The translations under genes were made by a program, and so were the position numbers. Shown here piece by piece: positions 1 through 13,481 of a DNA stretch of 64,000 nucleotides; position 1 is the first letter of the stretch; each line of letters begins with the position of its first letter. Below the pieces are notes generated by a model. That model did not search any database, was not told the DNA's origin, and saw only the letters and a program-made list of their open reading frames with translations. This DNA comes from an uncultured Acidobacteriota bacterium. Its GTDB lineage: Bacteria > Acidobacteriota > Thermoanaerobaculia > Gp7-AA8. The DNA is taken from contig CAWGHO010000002.1 in the NCBI GenBank assembly GCA_963822445.1, forward strand, positions 224,001 through 288,000, read 5' to 3'.

Positions 1-48
1 GAGGCAAAGATCCGGGACATCATCGAGGAAATCAAAGCGGACGGGTGA
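1..48 (+). CDS. 3' end of an upstream gene (partial)
   Basis: Frame 1 reads EAKIRDIIEEIKADG* with host-like codons and ends at TGA 46-48. Confidence 0.4.
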   Translation, partial: EAKIRDIIEEIKADG

Positions 49-53
49 TTTAG

Positions 54-137
54 TGGGCAGTAGGCAGTGGGCAGTGGGCAGGCCCGCCCACCCGGCCCGA
101 ACAACTCCACCGCCCGCTGCCCACTGCCCGCTGCCCG
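54..137. repeat. Heptamer-arm inverted repeat element (TGGGCAG)n...(CTGCCCR)n
   Basis: Four TRGGCAG units at 54-81 and four complementary units at 110-137. Confidence 0.8.
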
Positions 138-171
138 CGACCTGCCGCGCCCTGTAAACTGCGCGCCGAAA

Positions 172-2217
172 ATGGGCCGCCAGTCACGGAACAAAACTCT
201 CCGACCAACAGTCGCCGCACCGCCGGGCACCGACGCCGCCGCGCCGGCTCCGCGGTCGCGCACCACGCTTCCGGTCTCGTACGTTCTGGTCGCGCTCGCG
301 CTCGTGGCGCTGACGCTGATCATTTACGCGCAGGTGCGCGGACATCAGTTCCTCACCTACGACGACGGGATCTACATCACCGAAAACGTGATCGTGCAGC
401 GCGGGCTGACGGCGCAGGGCATCCGCTGGGCGCTCACCTCCCTCGACTTCAACTGGCATCCGATGACCTGGTTCACGCACATGCTGGACGTGCAGTTCTT
501 CGGCATGAACGCGGGCCGGCATCTGCTGATGAACGTCGTCTTTCACATCGCCAACTCGCTGCTGCTGCTCGCGCTGCTGACGCGCATGACGGGCATGTTC
601 TGGCGCAGTGCGGCAGTCGCGGCGTTGTGGGCCGTGCATCCGCTGCACGTCGAGTCGGTGGCCTGGATCGCCGAGCGGAAGGACGTGCTCAGCACGCTCT
701 TCCTCCTGCTCACGGTCTGGTTTTACGTGAGCTGGACGCGCAATCGCTCGACCGCGACCTACGTCCTGATGCTGGTGATGTTCCTCCTCGGCCTGGCCTC
801 GAAGGGCATGCTCGTCACGCTCCCCTTCGCGTTGCTGCTCCTCGATTACTGGCCGCTCGCGCGTCTCGACCTGCATGACCGCGCGACCATCATCAAGCGG
901 GTCACAGAGAAGATCCCGCTGTTCGTGCTCGCCGCGGGCGGCATTGTGATGACAGTCATCGCTCAGCGAACGGTCGGCGCCATCGTCGCCATCGAACGGA
1001 TCTCGCTGGCCCAGCGCGTCGGCACAGCCATCACCGCGTACGGCCGCTATCTCTGGAAAACCATCGTCCCGGCGCGGCTCGCCAATCCCTATCCGTACGT
1101 GCCGCTCACGCCGGCCATGATCGTCGGATCGATCGCCGTCCTCCTGGGCATCACCGCCCTGGTCATCACGCTGCGCAAGTCGCACCGCTATCTCTTCACC
1201 GGCTGGTTCTGGTTCATCGGCACTCTGGTGCCGGTGATCGGTCTGGTGCAGATCGGCTTTCAGTCGATGGCCGATCGCTACACCTACATCCCGCACATCG
1301 GACTGTTCATCGCCGTGGTCTGGGGGATCGCCGAAGTCGCGCGGCGCAGCAACGCGCAGGCCGTTGCCGCCATGGCCGCGGTCATCGCGGTCGCGGCCTT
1401 CACCGTCGTCGCGCACAAACAGGTCGGACGCTGGCGCGACAGCGAGACGCTGTTCGATCACGCGTTGAAGGTCACGCAAGGCAACGTCATCGCCCATCTC
1501 CACGTCGGCACGTCGAAGATGGGACGCGCGGAGTACGACCAGGCCCTTCAGCATTTCCGCGCCGCCCATCAGCTCGATCCCGATCGTCCCGAGCCGCGCG
1601 ATCACGTCGCCAGTGCGCTGATCGAGCTCTCGAAGATCGATCGCGCCCGCGGCGACGAGCAGTCGGCGATGAAGCGGCTCGAAGAAGCGTCGGCGCTCAA
1701 TCCCGCGGAGAAGACTCGCGCCGCGATTGCGCTCGCGCGTAACGACGTCGCCAAGGCGATCGAGCTGTACACCGCCCAGGCCAGCACCGCGAAGAGCGGC
1801 GATGAAGCGGCCAAAGCCCAGAACGATCTCGGCGCCGCCCTGGCCTCGGCCGGCCGCGACGAAGAGGCCATCGCCGCGTACCGCAAAGCCATCGAGATCT
1901 CCCCACGCCAGTACGACGCCCGCATGAACCTCGGCGCAATCCTCAGCCGCATGGAGCGCAACGACGAGGCCATCGAGAACTTCAAGATCGCCGCGACGCT
2001 GCAACCGGCGTCGGTCGAGCCGCACGTCTACCTCGCGCTGGCGTACTTCCTCGAGAAGCGTTACGAGGAGGCGAAGACGTCGGCGGAGCGCGCGTACACC
2101 ATCGATCCGAAAGCCTCGAACCTCAAGCTGACCACGGCCATGCGCATCCCCTTCAAGGAGACGAACATCCAGGACTTCATCGGGTTCGTCGAATCGAAGC
2201 GGCAGGCGCCCCGCTGA
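172..2217 (+). CDS. TMTC-like membrane glycosyltransferase (GT-C fold) with C-terminal TPR repeats
   Basis: Multiple TM segments; motifs TYDD, HPLHVESVAWIAERKD, MADRYTY, WRDSETLF; TPRs. Start moved to ATG 172 because 67-171 is repeat DNA. Confidence 0.8.
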   Translation: MGRQSRNKTLRPTVAAPPGTDAAAPAPRSRTTLPVSYVLVALALVALTLIIYAQVRGHQFLTYDDGIYITENVIVQRGLTAQGIRWALTSLDFNWHPMTWFTHMLDVQFFGMNAGRHLLMNVVFHIANSLLLLALLTRMTGMFWRSAAVAALWAVHPLHVESVAWIAERKDVLSTLFLLLTVWFYVSWTRNRSTATYVLMLVMFLLGLASKGMLVTLPFALLLLDYWPLARLDLHDRATIIKRVTEKIPLFVLAAGGIVMTVIAQRTVGAIVAIERISLAQRVGTAITAYGRYLWKTIVPARLANPYPYVPLTPAMIVGSIAVLLGITALVITLRKSHRYLFTGWFWFIGTLVPVIGLVQIGFQSMADRYTYIPHIGLFIAVVWGIAEVARRSNAQAVAAMAAVIAVAAFTVVAHKQVGRWRDSETLFDHALKVTQGNVIAHLHVGTSKMGRAEYDQALQHFRAAHQLDPDRPEPRDHVASALIELSKIDRARGDEQSAMKRLEEASALNPAEKTRAAIALARNDVAKAIELYTAQASTAKSGDEAAKAQNDLGAALASAGRDEEAIAAYRKAIEISPRQYDARMNLGAILSRMERNDEAIENFKIAATLQPASVEPHVYLALAYFLEKRYEEAKTSAERAYTIDPKASNLKLTTAMRIPFKETNIQDFIGFVESKRQAPR

Positions 2218-2221
2218 CGGG

Positions 2222-3160
2222 TCACGCCGCTTTTTCGACCGCGGGCTGCTCGACGACGATCGGCTCGGTCTTCTTCCAACCCGACGGCTGCACCAGCGCG
2301 ACGCCGCCGAGAATCACGACCATGGCGATGATCGAGACCCAGGTCAGCGGCTCGTCGAGGATCAGCCAGCCGAGGAAGACCGCGACGACGGGGTTCACGT
2401 AGGCGTAGAGCGACGAGTGCGTGGTGCGCATGTGCGCGAGCGCGAAGACGTACGCGCTGTACGCGATCACGCCCCCGAAGATCGTCAGGTACGCGAGGGC
2501 GAAGAACGTCCGCGTCGTGAAGAGGAATCGCGGACCTTCGCCGATCGCGAAACCGATCACGGTCACGATCACGCCGCCGAAGAGCATCTGCAGACCGGCT
2601 GAAGCCATCAGCGGAACGTTGCGGACGTGATACTTGCCGCGCCACGCACCGAGCTGCCAGCAGAACGATCCGACCTGCACGGCGATCGCGGCGATCACGA
2701 AGGGGACGCTCCAGGCCGCGCCGGTGCCGCCGGGCGTCACGAGCAAAGCCACGCCGCCGAAGCCAACGAGCATGCCCAGGCCGCTGCGGATGTCGACGCG
2801 CTCGCCGCCGGTGCGGAAGGCTTCGATGATGGCCATCCAGAACGGCGCGGTTGCAACGAGCAGCGCCGCGAGTCCGCTGGGCACCCACTGCTCTGCCCAG
2901 ACCACGGCGAGATTGCCAACGCCGACCATCAGGAAGCCGATCAGCACCAGGTTGCCGAGCGTGCGCGCGTCGCGCGGAATCCGATCGCCGCGCAGTCTGG
3001 AGATGCCGAGCATGATCAGACCGGAGGTGATGAAGCGCGATCCGGTCAGGAGCAGCGGAGGAAGCGTTTCCAGGGCGATGCGGATCGCCAGGTAGGTCGT
3101 GCCCCAGATGATGCACACCGCCGCGAAGGCAATGTAGGCGAGATGGCGTTCGTGCTTCAT
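2222..3160 (-). CDS. EamA/DMT family transporter
   Basis: IIWGTTYLAIR, YAYVNPVVAVFLG, about 10 TM helices; ATG at 3160 overlaps the Lrp stop. Confidence 0.9.
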   Translation of the reverse strand: MKHERHLAYIAFAAVCIIWGTTYLAIRIALETLPPLLLTGSRFITSGLIMLGISRLRGDRIPRDARTLGNLVLIGFLMVGVGNLAVVWAEQWVPSGLAALLVATAPFWMAIIEAFRTGGERVDIRSGLGMLVGFGGVALLVTPGGTGAAWSVPFVIAAIAVQVGSFCWQLGAWRGKYHVRNVPLMASAGLQMLFGGVIVTVIGFAIGEGPRFLFTTRTFFALAYLTIFGGVIAYSAYVFALAHMRTTHSSLYAYVNPVVAVFLGWLILDEPLTWVSIIAMVVILGGVALVQPSGWKKTEPIVVEQPAVEKAA

Positions 3161-3636
3161 CGCGTCTCCTCCCCACCCAGGTCGATGCCGCCGACTTTCT
3201 CGCAGTGCGTCTGCATGACGATGGTCGTGCGCGTGGCCAGGCCGATCGGCGCGGTGGTCAGTTGATGAACGAGGGTGTGCAGCGCGCCGATCGATTCGGT
3301 GCGGACCTTGAGCAGAAAGCAGTCGTCGCCTGCAACGGTGTGGACCTCGAGGATCTCCTCGCGGGCCATCAGCTCGCGGAACTTCTTCCACGCTGCCGAG
3401 GACATGGTCGCGCCGCGCGCGGTCACGAACGCGGTGATCGTCCGCCCAAGAGCGGTCGGATCGATCACCGCCGTCGTGCCGCGGATTACGCCCTGGCGCT
3501 CGAGCTTGTCGAGGCGATCGGCGACGGCCGGCCGGGAAAGGCCGATCTGCTCGGCGATCTGCGCGGCGGGGGTGCGGGCGTCGCGCAGAAGAAGATCGAC
3601 GATTCGAAGATCGAGCTCATCCAGTTCGACGGCCAT
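3157..3636 (-). CDS. Lrp/AsnC family transcriptional regulator
   Basis: LDELDLRIVDLL...IAEQIGLSRPAVADRLDKLE HTH; VAGDDCFLLKV RAM domain. Confidence 0.93.
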   Translation of the reverse strand: MAVELDELDLRIVDLLLRDARTPAAQIAEQIGLSRPAVADRLDKLERQGVIRGTTAVIDPTALGRTITAFVTARGATMSSAAWKKFRELMAREEILEVHTVAGDDCFLLKVRTESIGALHTLVHQLTTAPIGLATRTTIVMQTHCEKVGGIDLGGEETR

Positions 3637-3700
3637 CGAAGCAATATGGCGTCGAAACGAAGGAAAAGCAAGTCACTAACCTGCGAACCGTCGGCGAGCC

Positions 3701-4039
3701 TTAGAAAGCGCCGGCCGATGCCGCGGCGGCCCAGAACTGAGGCCGCGCCGTGAACAGGCGCGACAGGCGCGGGTAACGGAACTCGCCCCGGCGCGTCGCG
3801 CTGTCGATGAGGTCCCTCTTCAGGTACTCGATCTTCACCTCGCGGGCGGGGTCGTTCATCAGGCGGCGCAGGGAGGCACGGCTCAGGACGATGGTCTTCA
3901 GCTTCATTCCCTCGCCCCGCACGGCATAACGGATGGTGTTCCGCTCCGGTGAGCACGCGCGCGCGACACCGGCCGGCAGGACACTCACGATCTCTTCTGC
4001 GATTCGGCTTTCGTCGTACTTCGTCGTTTGCGTTCTCAT
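3701..4039 (-). CDS. Hypothetical protein
   Basis: ORF from ATG 4039 (MRTQTTKYDE...) with host-like codon usage. Confidence 0.6.
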   Translation of the reverse strand: MRTQTTKYDESRIAEEIVSVLPAGVARACSPERNTIRYAVRGEGMKLKTIVLSRASLRRLMNDPAREVKIEYLKRDLIDSATRRGEFRYPRLSRLFTARPQFWAAAASAGAF

Positions 4040-4094
4040 GCTGTAATAGACGCCCTTTCCGGCCGAAAGTTTTGCCTGGAGATGTGAACTCCCG

Positions 4095-4374
4095 TTGAAC
4101 GCTCCGTCAAAGGTCGTGGCATTCGTCCCCCTGGGCACGTCGGCCGTGGCGAAGGACAACGAGACCCTCCTCGACGTCGCCCGCCGCGCCAACGCCCCCC
4201 TCGGCAACTCCTGCGGCGGCGTCGGCGTCTGCGCCCGCTGCAAGGTCGTGGTGGTGGACGGAACGCTGAGCCCGCCAACGACGATGGAAGTGCGGTTCGG
4301 TCAGTTGGCGGACGGAGAAAGACTGGCCTGTCAGGCGGTGGTGGAGGGGGATTGCACTGTGACGACAACGTATT

Positions 4375-4379
<5 letters not shown>
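4095..4379 (+). CDS. 2Fe-2S ferredoxin-like protein
   Basis: CGGVGVCARC...RLACQ cysteine pattern. Confidence 0.88.
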
Positions 4380-7908
<3,529 letters not shown>

Positions 7909-8005
7909 CGTTGGAGTCCTTTCATCGCGCGCGTACGGTATGGGCCGCGTTTGCCCGGCGTCAATGCCCGCGAATTTTCAAAGGGTTGCAGCCGGTTCCG
8001 CGAGC

Positions 8006-11000
8006 ATGCCCCGTCTCCTGGTTGCAGTTCTGCTGTTCGTCCTCAGTTCTCCTGCGCTGGCCGCTGTCGAAGACTCCGCCGACCTCAGTGTCCAGTTCGG
8101 CATACCGGCGCGCGTCACTGCCGGAACCAGCTATCTCGCCTTCGCCCAACTGAGCAATCTCGGGCCCGACACGGCCGAGAACGTCGTTCTCACGACCACG
8201 GCGGGTTATTTCACGGGCTCGCACGACTGCGTCCTCGAAGACGGAGGCCGGCGCTGCACGGTCAAACGGTTGCCCGCGGGCGGTGGGTTCGCCGTGGTGC
8301 TGTGGATCGATCGCGAGCCGGTGGTGGGCGTCGTTCCGATCACCGTGGAGGCGGCGAGCACCACTCCCGATCCGAATCCGGCCAACAACCGGATCGTGGG
8401 CCAGGTGGAGTTCGTTCTTGCTCCGTGGCTCCGCTTCTCGCTCTACGGCAGCGCCGCGGATCCCGGCGGCACCGCGAATTACGACGTCTCGATCTACAAC
8501 GAAAGCGAAATCGCCGCGATCGACGCGAACTTCACCATTCCCTTGCCGGAAGGATGGTCATTCGAGCGATCGCTCTCGCCGGAGCTGCAGTGCGTCCAGA
8601 CCGGCAGCAATGTGCGATGTGCCGTCGCGCGCATCGAGCCTCGGACCGAATTCAGGGGCACCCTGCTGCTGCGCGCGCCGAACACTCCGGAAGGGTCCTA
8701 CACCGAAAAATCGGTGCCGGTGAAGATCGACACGGCCCACGGCGTCATCAGTCCGGACCTCCTGGCCACCGCACACTTCGCGACGACCATCTACCGAACC
8801 ATCGCCGTGACGAATACCGCGGACAGCGGCGAAGGCTCGCTGCGTCACGCGATCGAAACGGTCAACGCCGGATGCACGTTTCCGGGGGCGCCGTGCAAGA
8901 TCACCTTCGACATCGACAGCGCGGCCCCGCATCACACCATCAGGCCTCTCAAGCCGCTGCCTTCGATCCGGAAATACGTTCACATCGACGGATCCACTCA
9001 GTCCACGAGACACGGTGAAACGAACCCGGTCGGCCCCGAGATCGAGATCAACGGATCGCTGCTGACGGCCGGTGACGGCCTCGAAGTGACCGGCGAGCAG
9101 GCCCATTTCGAATTGCGCGATCTCGCGATCAACGGGTTTCCAGGCAACGGCGTGTCGCTTCGCCGGAACATGCATGGCGCGTCGCTGCACCGGAACTACA
9201 TCGGCACTGACGTGACGGGCCGCATTGCCGTGCCGAATGGCGGCCGCGGCATCGTCGTCGAGACTCCCGACCTCTATTACGCGAACATCTCGATCCGCGA
9301 CAACGTCATCAGCGGCAATGCGCGGAGCGGCGTGTTCATCGGCTCCGCCTACCAGATCACGCTGATCAACAACCGCATTGGCGTCTCGGCAGGCGATCGT
9401 CCCGAGCCTCTCGGCAACGGCGCCACCGGCATCTTCCTCGGCCCGCGCGCCTGGGCCGTCACCATTCAGAAGAACGTGATCGCACACAACGCGGACGCCG
9501 GGATCGGTACCTCGAGCTCGGGAACCGTCGCCATCCGTCGAAACGCGATCTACGCCAACGGCTCTCTGGGCATCGATCGCAACCTCGATCTCGTCTCGAC
9601 CAGTCCGGCCTTGCCGGTCATCACCGCCGCAAGCTATGACCCGTCGACGAACGTCACGCACATCGAAGGGCGGATTGCCTCCGGTTCGCAGCCCGACGTG
9701 TCTGAAGTGGAGTTGTTCGCGAACAGCTCGTCCAGCGACGAAGGGTATGGCGAGGGCGAGCTTTTCATCGGCTACGCGAAGCCCCTCGCCAACGCATTCA
9801 CCTTGGACTATCGAGGCGATCTCCGCGGTCGTTTCATCACCGCTACGTTCACCTTCCCGAACAACTACTACCCCGAGCTGCCGGACATGGTGACGTCGGA
9901 GTTCGGGCCGGCGTTCCGAGTCGATGGCGAGGCAGCGGGACCGATCGATCCGGCATCGATCGTCCCCCGCGGCGCCGATCTCGGCATTCGCCTCGGGTCG
10001 TGGTTCCGCCACCAGCCCGGCGTGCAGTCCCAGATGTGGATCAACATTCCGAACTTCGGACCGGAGACGCCCGACAAGATCACGATCGACATCACCGCCG
10101 ACGCCGGAAACCTTGTGCCTTCGAACGAAGCGTGCCGGCCAGTGGAAACGGGCGGCCTCCGCTGCGTCACGCGCTTCGGGTACCCGGAGCTGTATTTCTA
10201 CTACGAGCCTCCGACCGGCATGGACAGCGCGACCATCGCGGCGCGGGTTTCGTCCTCGATCTTCGATCCCGATCCGAGCAACAACCAGACGTCGTTGAAG
10301 CTCGAGATCACATCGCCAGCCCTGCTGGACCTCCGCATCACGTCACCCGGGCCGGTCGATCCGGGCGCGAGAGCAACCTACGACGTGTACGTGTCGCAAC
10401 GGGGGACCGTGGCGGCAAGCGACGTCGAGGTCCGCATCCCCATCCCCGTCACCTGGCCGGTCATCGAGATCCCGTCCGGCAAATGGAACTGTTCGATGGT
10501 CGAGAATCACACGCTTCTCTGCCGGACAGCGGTCATCGAAGGAAAGACCACGGACAGCTTCAGCTACACCTTGCGCGCGCCGTCGCACGCAGTGCGGCAT
10601 TTTGCGACCGAGGGGAAGGCCCGCGCTGCCGAGTACGAGTTCTTTCCTCCGACGTCGTACGCGTTGTACGAAGTCTTCAACGTCCTGGCCGTCACCACGA
10701 CCGCCGACCGCGGTGCGGGATCACTGCGCGACGCGCTCGATCGCGCGACTGCGCAGTGCGGATTCGGGGGCTACAACTGCAAAGTGATCTTCAGGATCGA
10801 CGCGGCCAGCGCCGCCAACGGCGTCTTCACGATTCGTCCCGTCGAACGTCTGCCGGCCGTCGGTGCCATCGACATCACCATCGACGGACGGACCCAGACC
10901 GAACACACCGGTGACACGAATCCGCTGGGACCGGAGATCGAGCTCAACGGATTGCAGACCGCCACCGCCAGCGGCCTGGAACTTCAGTCGACGGGCACGG

Positions 11001-11875
11001 TGATGATCCGAAGCCTGACCATCAACGGCTTCCCGGAGAACGGAATCCTCTTCCGCACGTTCAGTGCGTCCAAAGATTACCGCGACCGGCGGCGAGTGGT
11101 TGGGAGCTACATCGGCACCGATCCAACCGGTCGCTTGGCGGTTCCGAATCGCGGCCGGGGAATCGCGATCGAGAGCACGATCGAAAGCTATTCGCGCCTG
11201 GAGCTGCTCGACAACGTGATCAGCGGCAACGATCGGGCCGGCATCGTCGTCAACTCCGGCGAGATCGCCCACATCGCACGCAACCGGATCGGCGTCAGCG
11301 CCGGTGAAGAACGGCTTCCGCTGCCGAACGGGGCCAGTGGCATCTACCTCGGCAAGTCGTTCGGCGCGATCATCGAAGGAAACGCAATCGCGAACAACGC
11401 TCACGCCGGCGTAGCGACTTCACCGGAATCCACCTGGACCGCCGTTCGCGCGAACACGATGTACGACAACGGAGGCCTGGGGATCGACCATGGCATCGAC
11501 TCCGTGACGTTCAACGACGGGCCGGATCGCCCCGAGGATCTCCCCGGCTTTCCGACGATCACCTCGGCGGTCTGGGACGCTTCGAGAGGCGTGACGCGCA
11601 TCGAAGGACGGGGCAAAGGAACGCGATTCGTGCACAACGCGCCGATCATCGAGCTGTACGCCAATCGCACCGCGGATCCATCCGGCTACGGGGAAGGCCT
11701 TCGCTCGCTCGGCACGGTGACGCTGCCGTTGGCGGCAACCACCGAGCAGTTCTTCGCGTTCGAGATCGCCGAAGATCTGCGCGGGCAGCTGATCGCCGCG
11801 ACTCTCACCGTGCCGAACAGCTTCGCCGGTGGGGACTGGACATCGGAGTTCAGCCAGAACGTGCCCGTGCAGTGA
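8006..11875 (+). CDS. Large secreted protein: two tandem modules of DUF11/Ig-like domains + right-handed beta-helix
   Basis: Signal peptide MPRLLVAVLLFVLSSPALA; DPNPANN/DPDPSNN; VTNTADSGEGSLR/VTTTADRGAGSLR; YIGTDxTG..AVPN.GRGI twice. Confidence 0.82.
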   Translation: MPRLLVAVLLFVLSSPALAAVEDSADLSVQFGIPARVTAGTSYLAFAQLSNLGPDTAENVVLTTTAGYFTGSHDCVLEDGGRRCTVKRLPAGGGFAVVLWIDREPVVGVVPITVEAASTTPDPNPANNRIVGQVEFVLAPWLRFSLYGSAADPGGTANYDVSIYNESEIAAIDANFTIPLPEGWSFERSLSPELQCVQTGSNVRCAVARIEPRTEFRGTLLLRAPNTPEGSYTEKSVPVKIDTAHGVISPDLLATAHFATTIYRTIAVTNTADSGEGSLRHAIETVNAGCTFPGAPCKITFDIDSAAPHHTIRPLKPLPSIRKYVHIDGSTQSTRHGETNPVGPEIEINGSLLTAGDGLEVTGEQAHFELRDLAINGFPGNGVSLRRNMHGASLHRNYIGTDVTGRIAVPNGGRGIVVETPDLYYANISIRDNVISGNARSGVFIGSAYQITLINNRIGVSAGDRPEPLGNGATGIFLGPRAWAVTIQKNVIAHNADAGIGTSSSGTVAIRRNAIYANGSLGIDRNLDLVSTSPALPVITAASYDPSTNVTHIEGRIASGSQPDVSEVELFANSSSSDEGYGEGELFIGYAKPLANAFTLDYRGDLRGRFITATFTFPNNYYPELPDMVTSEFGPAFRVDGEAAGPIDPASIVPRGADLGIRLGSWFRHQPGVQSQMWINIPNFGPETPDKITIDITADAGNLVPSNEACRPVETGGLRCVTRFGYPELYFYYEPPTGMDSATIAARVSSSIFDPDPSNNQTSLKLEITSPALLDLRITSPGPVDPGARATYDVYVSQRGTVAASDVEVRIPIPVTWPVIEIPSGKWNCSMVENHTLLCRTAVIEGKTTDSFSYTLRAPSHAVRHFATEGKARAAEYEFFPPTSYALYEVFNVLAVTTTADRGAGSLRDALDRATAQCGFGGYNCKVIFRIDAASAANGVFTIRPVERLPAVGAIDITIDGRTQTEHTGDTNPLGPEIELNGLQTATASGLELQSTGTVMIRSLTINGFPENGILFRTFSASKDYRDRRRVVGSYIGTDPTGRLAVPNRGRGIAIESTIESYSRLELLDNVISGNDRAGIVVNSGEIAHIARNRIGVSAGEERLPLPNGASGIYLGKSFGAIIEGNAIANNAHAGVATSPESTWTAVRANTMYDNGGLGIDHGIDSVTFNDGPDRPEDLPGFPTITSAVWDASRGVTRIEGRGKGTRFVHNAPIIELYANRTADPSGYGEGLRSLGTVTLPLAATTEQFFAFEIAEDLRGQLIAATLTVPNSFAGGDWTSEFSQNVPVQ

Positions 11876-12875
11876 GGAACATGCAGTCGCCGTAGCTGTA
11901 GAAGAGGTAGCGGTTGCGGATCGCCTCCGCGTACGCGTTGCGAATCGTCTCGATTCCGGCGAACGCGGAGACGAGCATCAGCAGGGTCGACTCGGGCAGA
12001 TGGAAGTTGGTCAGCAGCTTGTCGACCGCTTTGAACTGATATCCGGGTGTGATGAAGATCGACGTCTCGCCGTGACCGGCGGTGAAGCGGCTGTCGCGGA
12101 TTGCGCTTTCCAGCGTGCGGACGCTGGTCGTGCCGACGGCGATGATCGAACGCTTCTCGGCGATGGCGCGATTGAGACGATCGGCGGCCTCGGCGGTGAT
12201 GTCGTAGCGCTCGGAATCCATCCGGTGCTCTTCGATGCGGTCGACTTTGACCGGCTTGAACGTGCCGATCCCGACGTGCAGCGTCACACGCACGATCTCC
12301 ACGCCGCGCGCAGCGATGGCGTCGAGAATCTCCTGTGTGAAGTGCAGTCCCGCGGTCGGTGCCGCGATCGCGCCGCGCTGGGCGGCATAGACCGTCTGGT
12401 ACGACTCCTTGTCGCTCTCGCGGGGCTCGTGGCGGGCGATGTAAGGCGGTAAGGGCGGGATGCCCAGGCGTTCGATCTCGTGGAGGTCGCCGATGAAGCG
12501 GATCACGACCGTGCCTTCCTCCTTCTCGAGGATTTCGGCGGAGAGCGTGTCGGAGAAGGCCACGACGTCGCCCGGTTTCACGCGCTTGGCGGGCTTGCAC
12601 CAGGTCTCCCAGGTCGCGGGATCGCGCTCGCGCGTGAGCAGGAACTCGATGGGGTTCTTCATCTGCCCCTTCGGGCGGGCGAAGAGCCGCGCCGGGATGA
12701 CGCGGGTGTCGTTGAGGACGAGGACGTCGCCCTTTTGCAGGTAGCTGGGGAAGTTGGCGAAGGAGTCGTGCTCGATGGTCTCGCCGACGACCATCATGCG
12801 CGAGCGGCCCCGCTCGCGCGGCTCCTGCGCGATGAGATCATCGGGGAGGTCGTAGGCGAAGTCGGTGCGCAGCAT
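11850..12875 (-). CDS. queA: S-adenosylmethionine:tRNA ribosyltransferase-isomerase
   Basis: DFAYDLPDDLIAQEP, LNDTRVIPARL, AAPTAGLHFT, TNFHLPESTL, FYSYGD. Confidence 0.97.
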   Translation of the reverse strand: MLRTDFAYDLPDDLIAQEPRERGRSRMMVVGETIEHDSFANFPSYLQKGDVLVLNDTRVIPARLFARPKGQMKNPIEFLLTRERDPATWETWCKPAKRVKPGDVVAFSDTLSAEILEKEEGTVVIRFIGDLHEIERLGIPPLPPYIARHEPRESDKESYQTVYAAQRGAIAAPTAGLHFTQEILDAIAARGVEIVRVTLHVGIGTFKPVKVDRIEEHRMDSERYDITAEAADRLNRAIAEKRSIIAVGTTSVRTLESAIRDSRFTAGHGETSIFITPGYQFKAVDKLLTNFHLPESTLLMLVSAFAGIETIRNAYAEAIRNRYLFYSYGDCMFLTARARSG

Positions 12876-12892
12876 TCAAGATATGAAGCGCC

Positions 12893-12986
12893 AGCTCTGG
12901 ACTGCGGCAGCAGAGCTGCCGCTCTCCACGCGGCGGCATTGCCGCCGCAAGCTAGAGCGGTGGCTGTGCCACCGCAGTCCAGAGCT
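12893..12986. repeat. REP-like palindrome family B (GGACTGCGG...CCGCAGTCC) with three internal hairpins
   Basis: Terminal IR AGCTCTGGACTGCGG/CCGCAGTCCAGAGCT; related copy at 62506-62574. Confidence 0.82.
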
Positions 12987-13007
12987 TCCCTCCAATAGAA
13001 TCGGCGC

Positions 13008-13481
13008 ATGATACGCGCTCGCGTCATCACCTGCTCCGACGCCGCCTCGCGCGGCGAGCGCGAAGACAAATCCGGTCCGGCCGTGCGCGATCTGCTGATG
13101 GCCAGCGGCTTCGAAGTCGGAAAGATCATCATCGTCCCCGATGAGATCGACGCGATCGCGCGAGCCATCACCAGTGTGGACGAACGCCTCATCGTCACCA
13201 CCGGCGGCACCGGCATCGCCGCGCGCGACGTCACGCCCGAAGCGACGCTCACCGTCTGCGAGCGCGTCATTCCCGGATTTGGCGAAGTCATGCGTGCCTC
13301 GGCGCCGATGGCCGCGCTGTCACGCGCACAAGCGGCCATCCGCGGCACGGCACTGGTCGTGAATCTGCCCGGAAGCGTGAAAGGAGCGGTCGAGAATCTG
13401 AAGGCGGTGCTTCACCTCATCCCGCACGCGCTCGACCTGCTGGCAGGCAAGACCGAACATGAACGTCCTCCCCGGACTTGA
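13008..13481 (+). CDS. MogA/MoaB molybdenum cofactor biosynthesis protein
   Basis: ITCSD...EDKSGP, TTGGTG..RDVTPEAT, ALSRA, NLPGS. Confidence 0.92.
   Translation: MIRARVITCSDAASRGEREDKSGPAVRDLLMASGFEVGKIIIVPDEIDAIARAITSVDERLIVTTGGTGIAARDVTPEATLTVCERVIPGFGEVMRASAPMAALSRAQAAIRGTALVVNLPGSVKGAVENLKAVLHLIPHALDLLAGKTEHERPPRT

Noticed and set aside
184-2025. Long antisense or alternate-frame ORFs (e.g. 184-2025, 22105-24576, 42745-44316, 59901-61427)
   Set aside because: Shadow ORFs of high-GC coding sequence, Arg/Gly-rich or motif-less, overlapping well-supported genes
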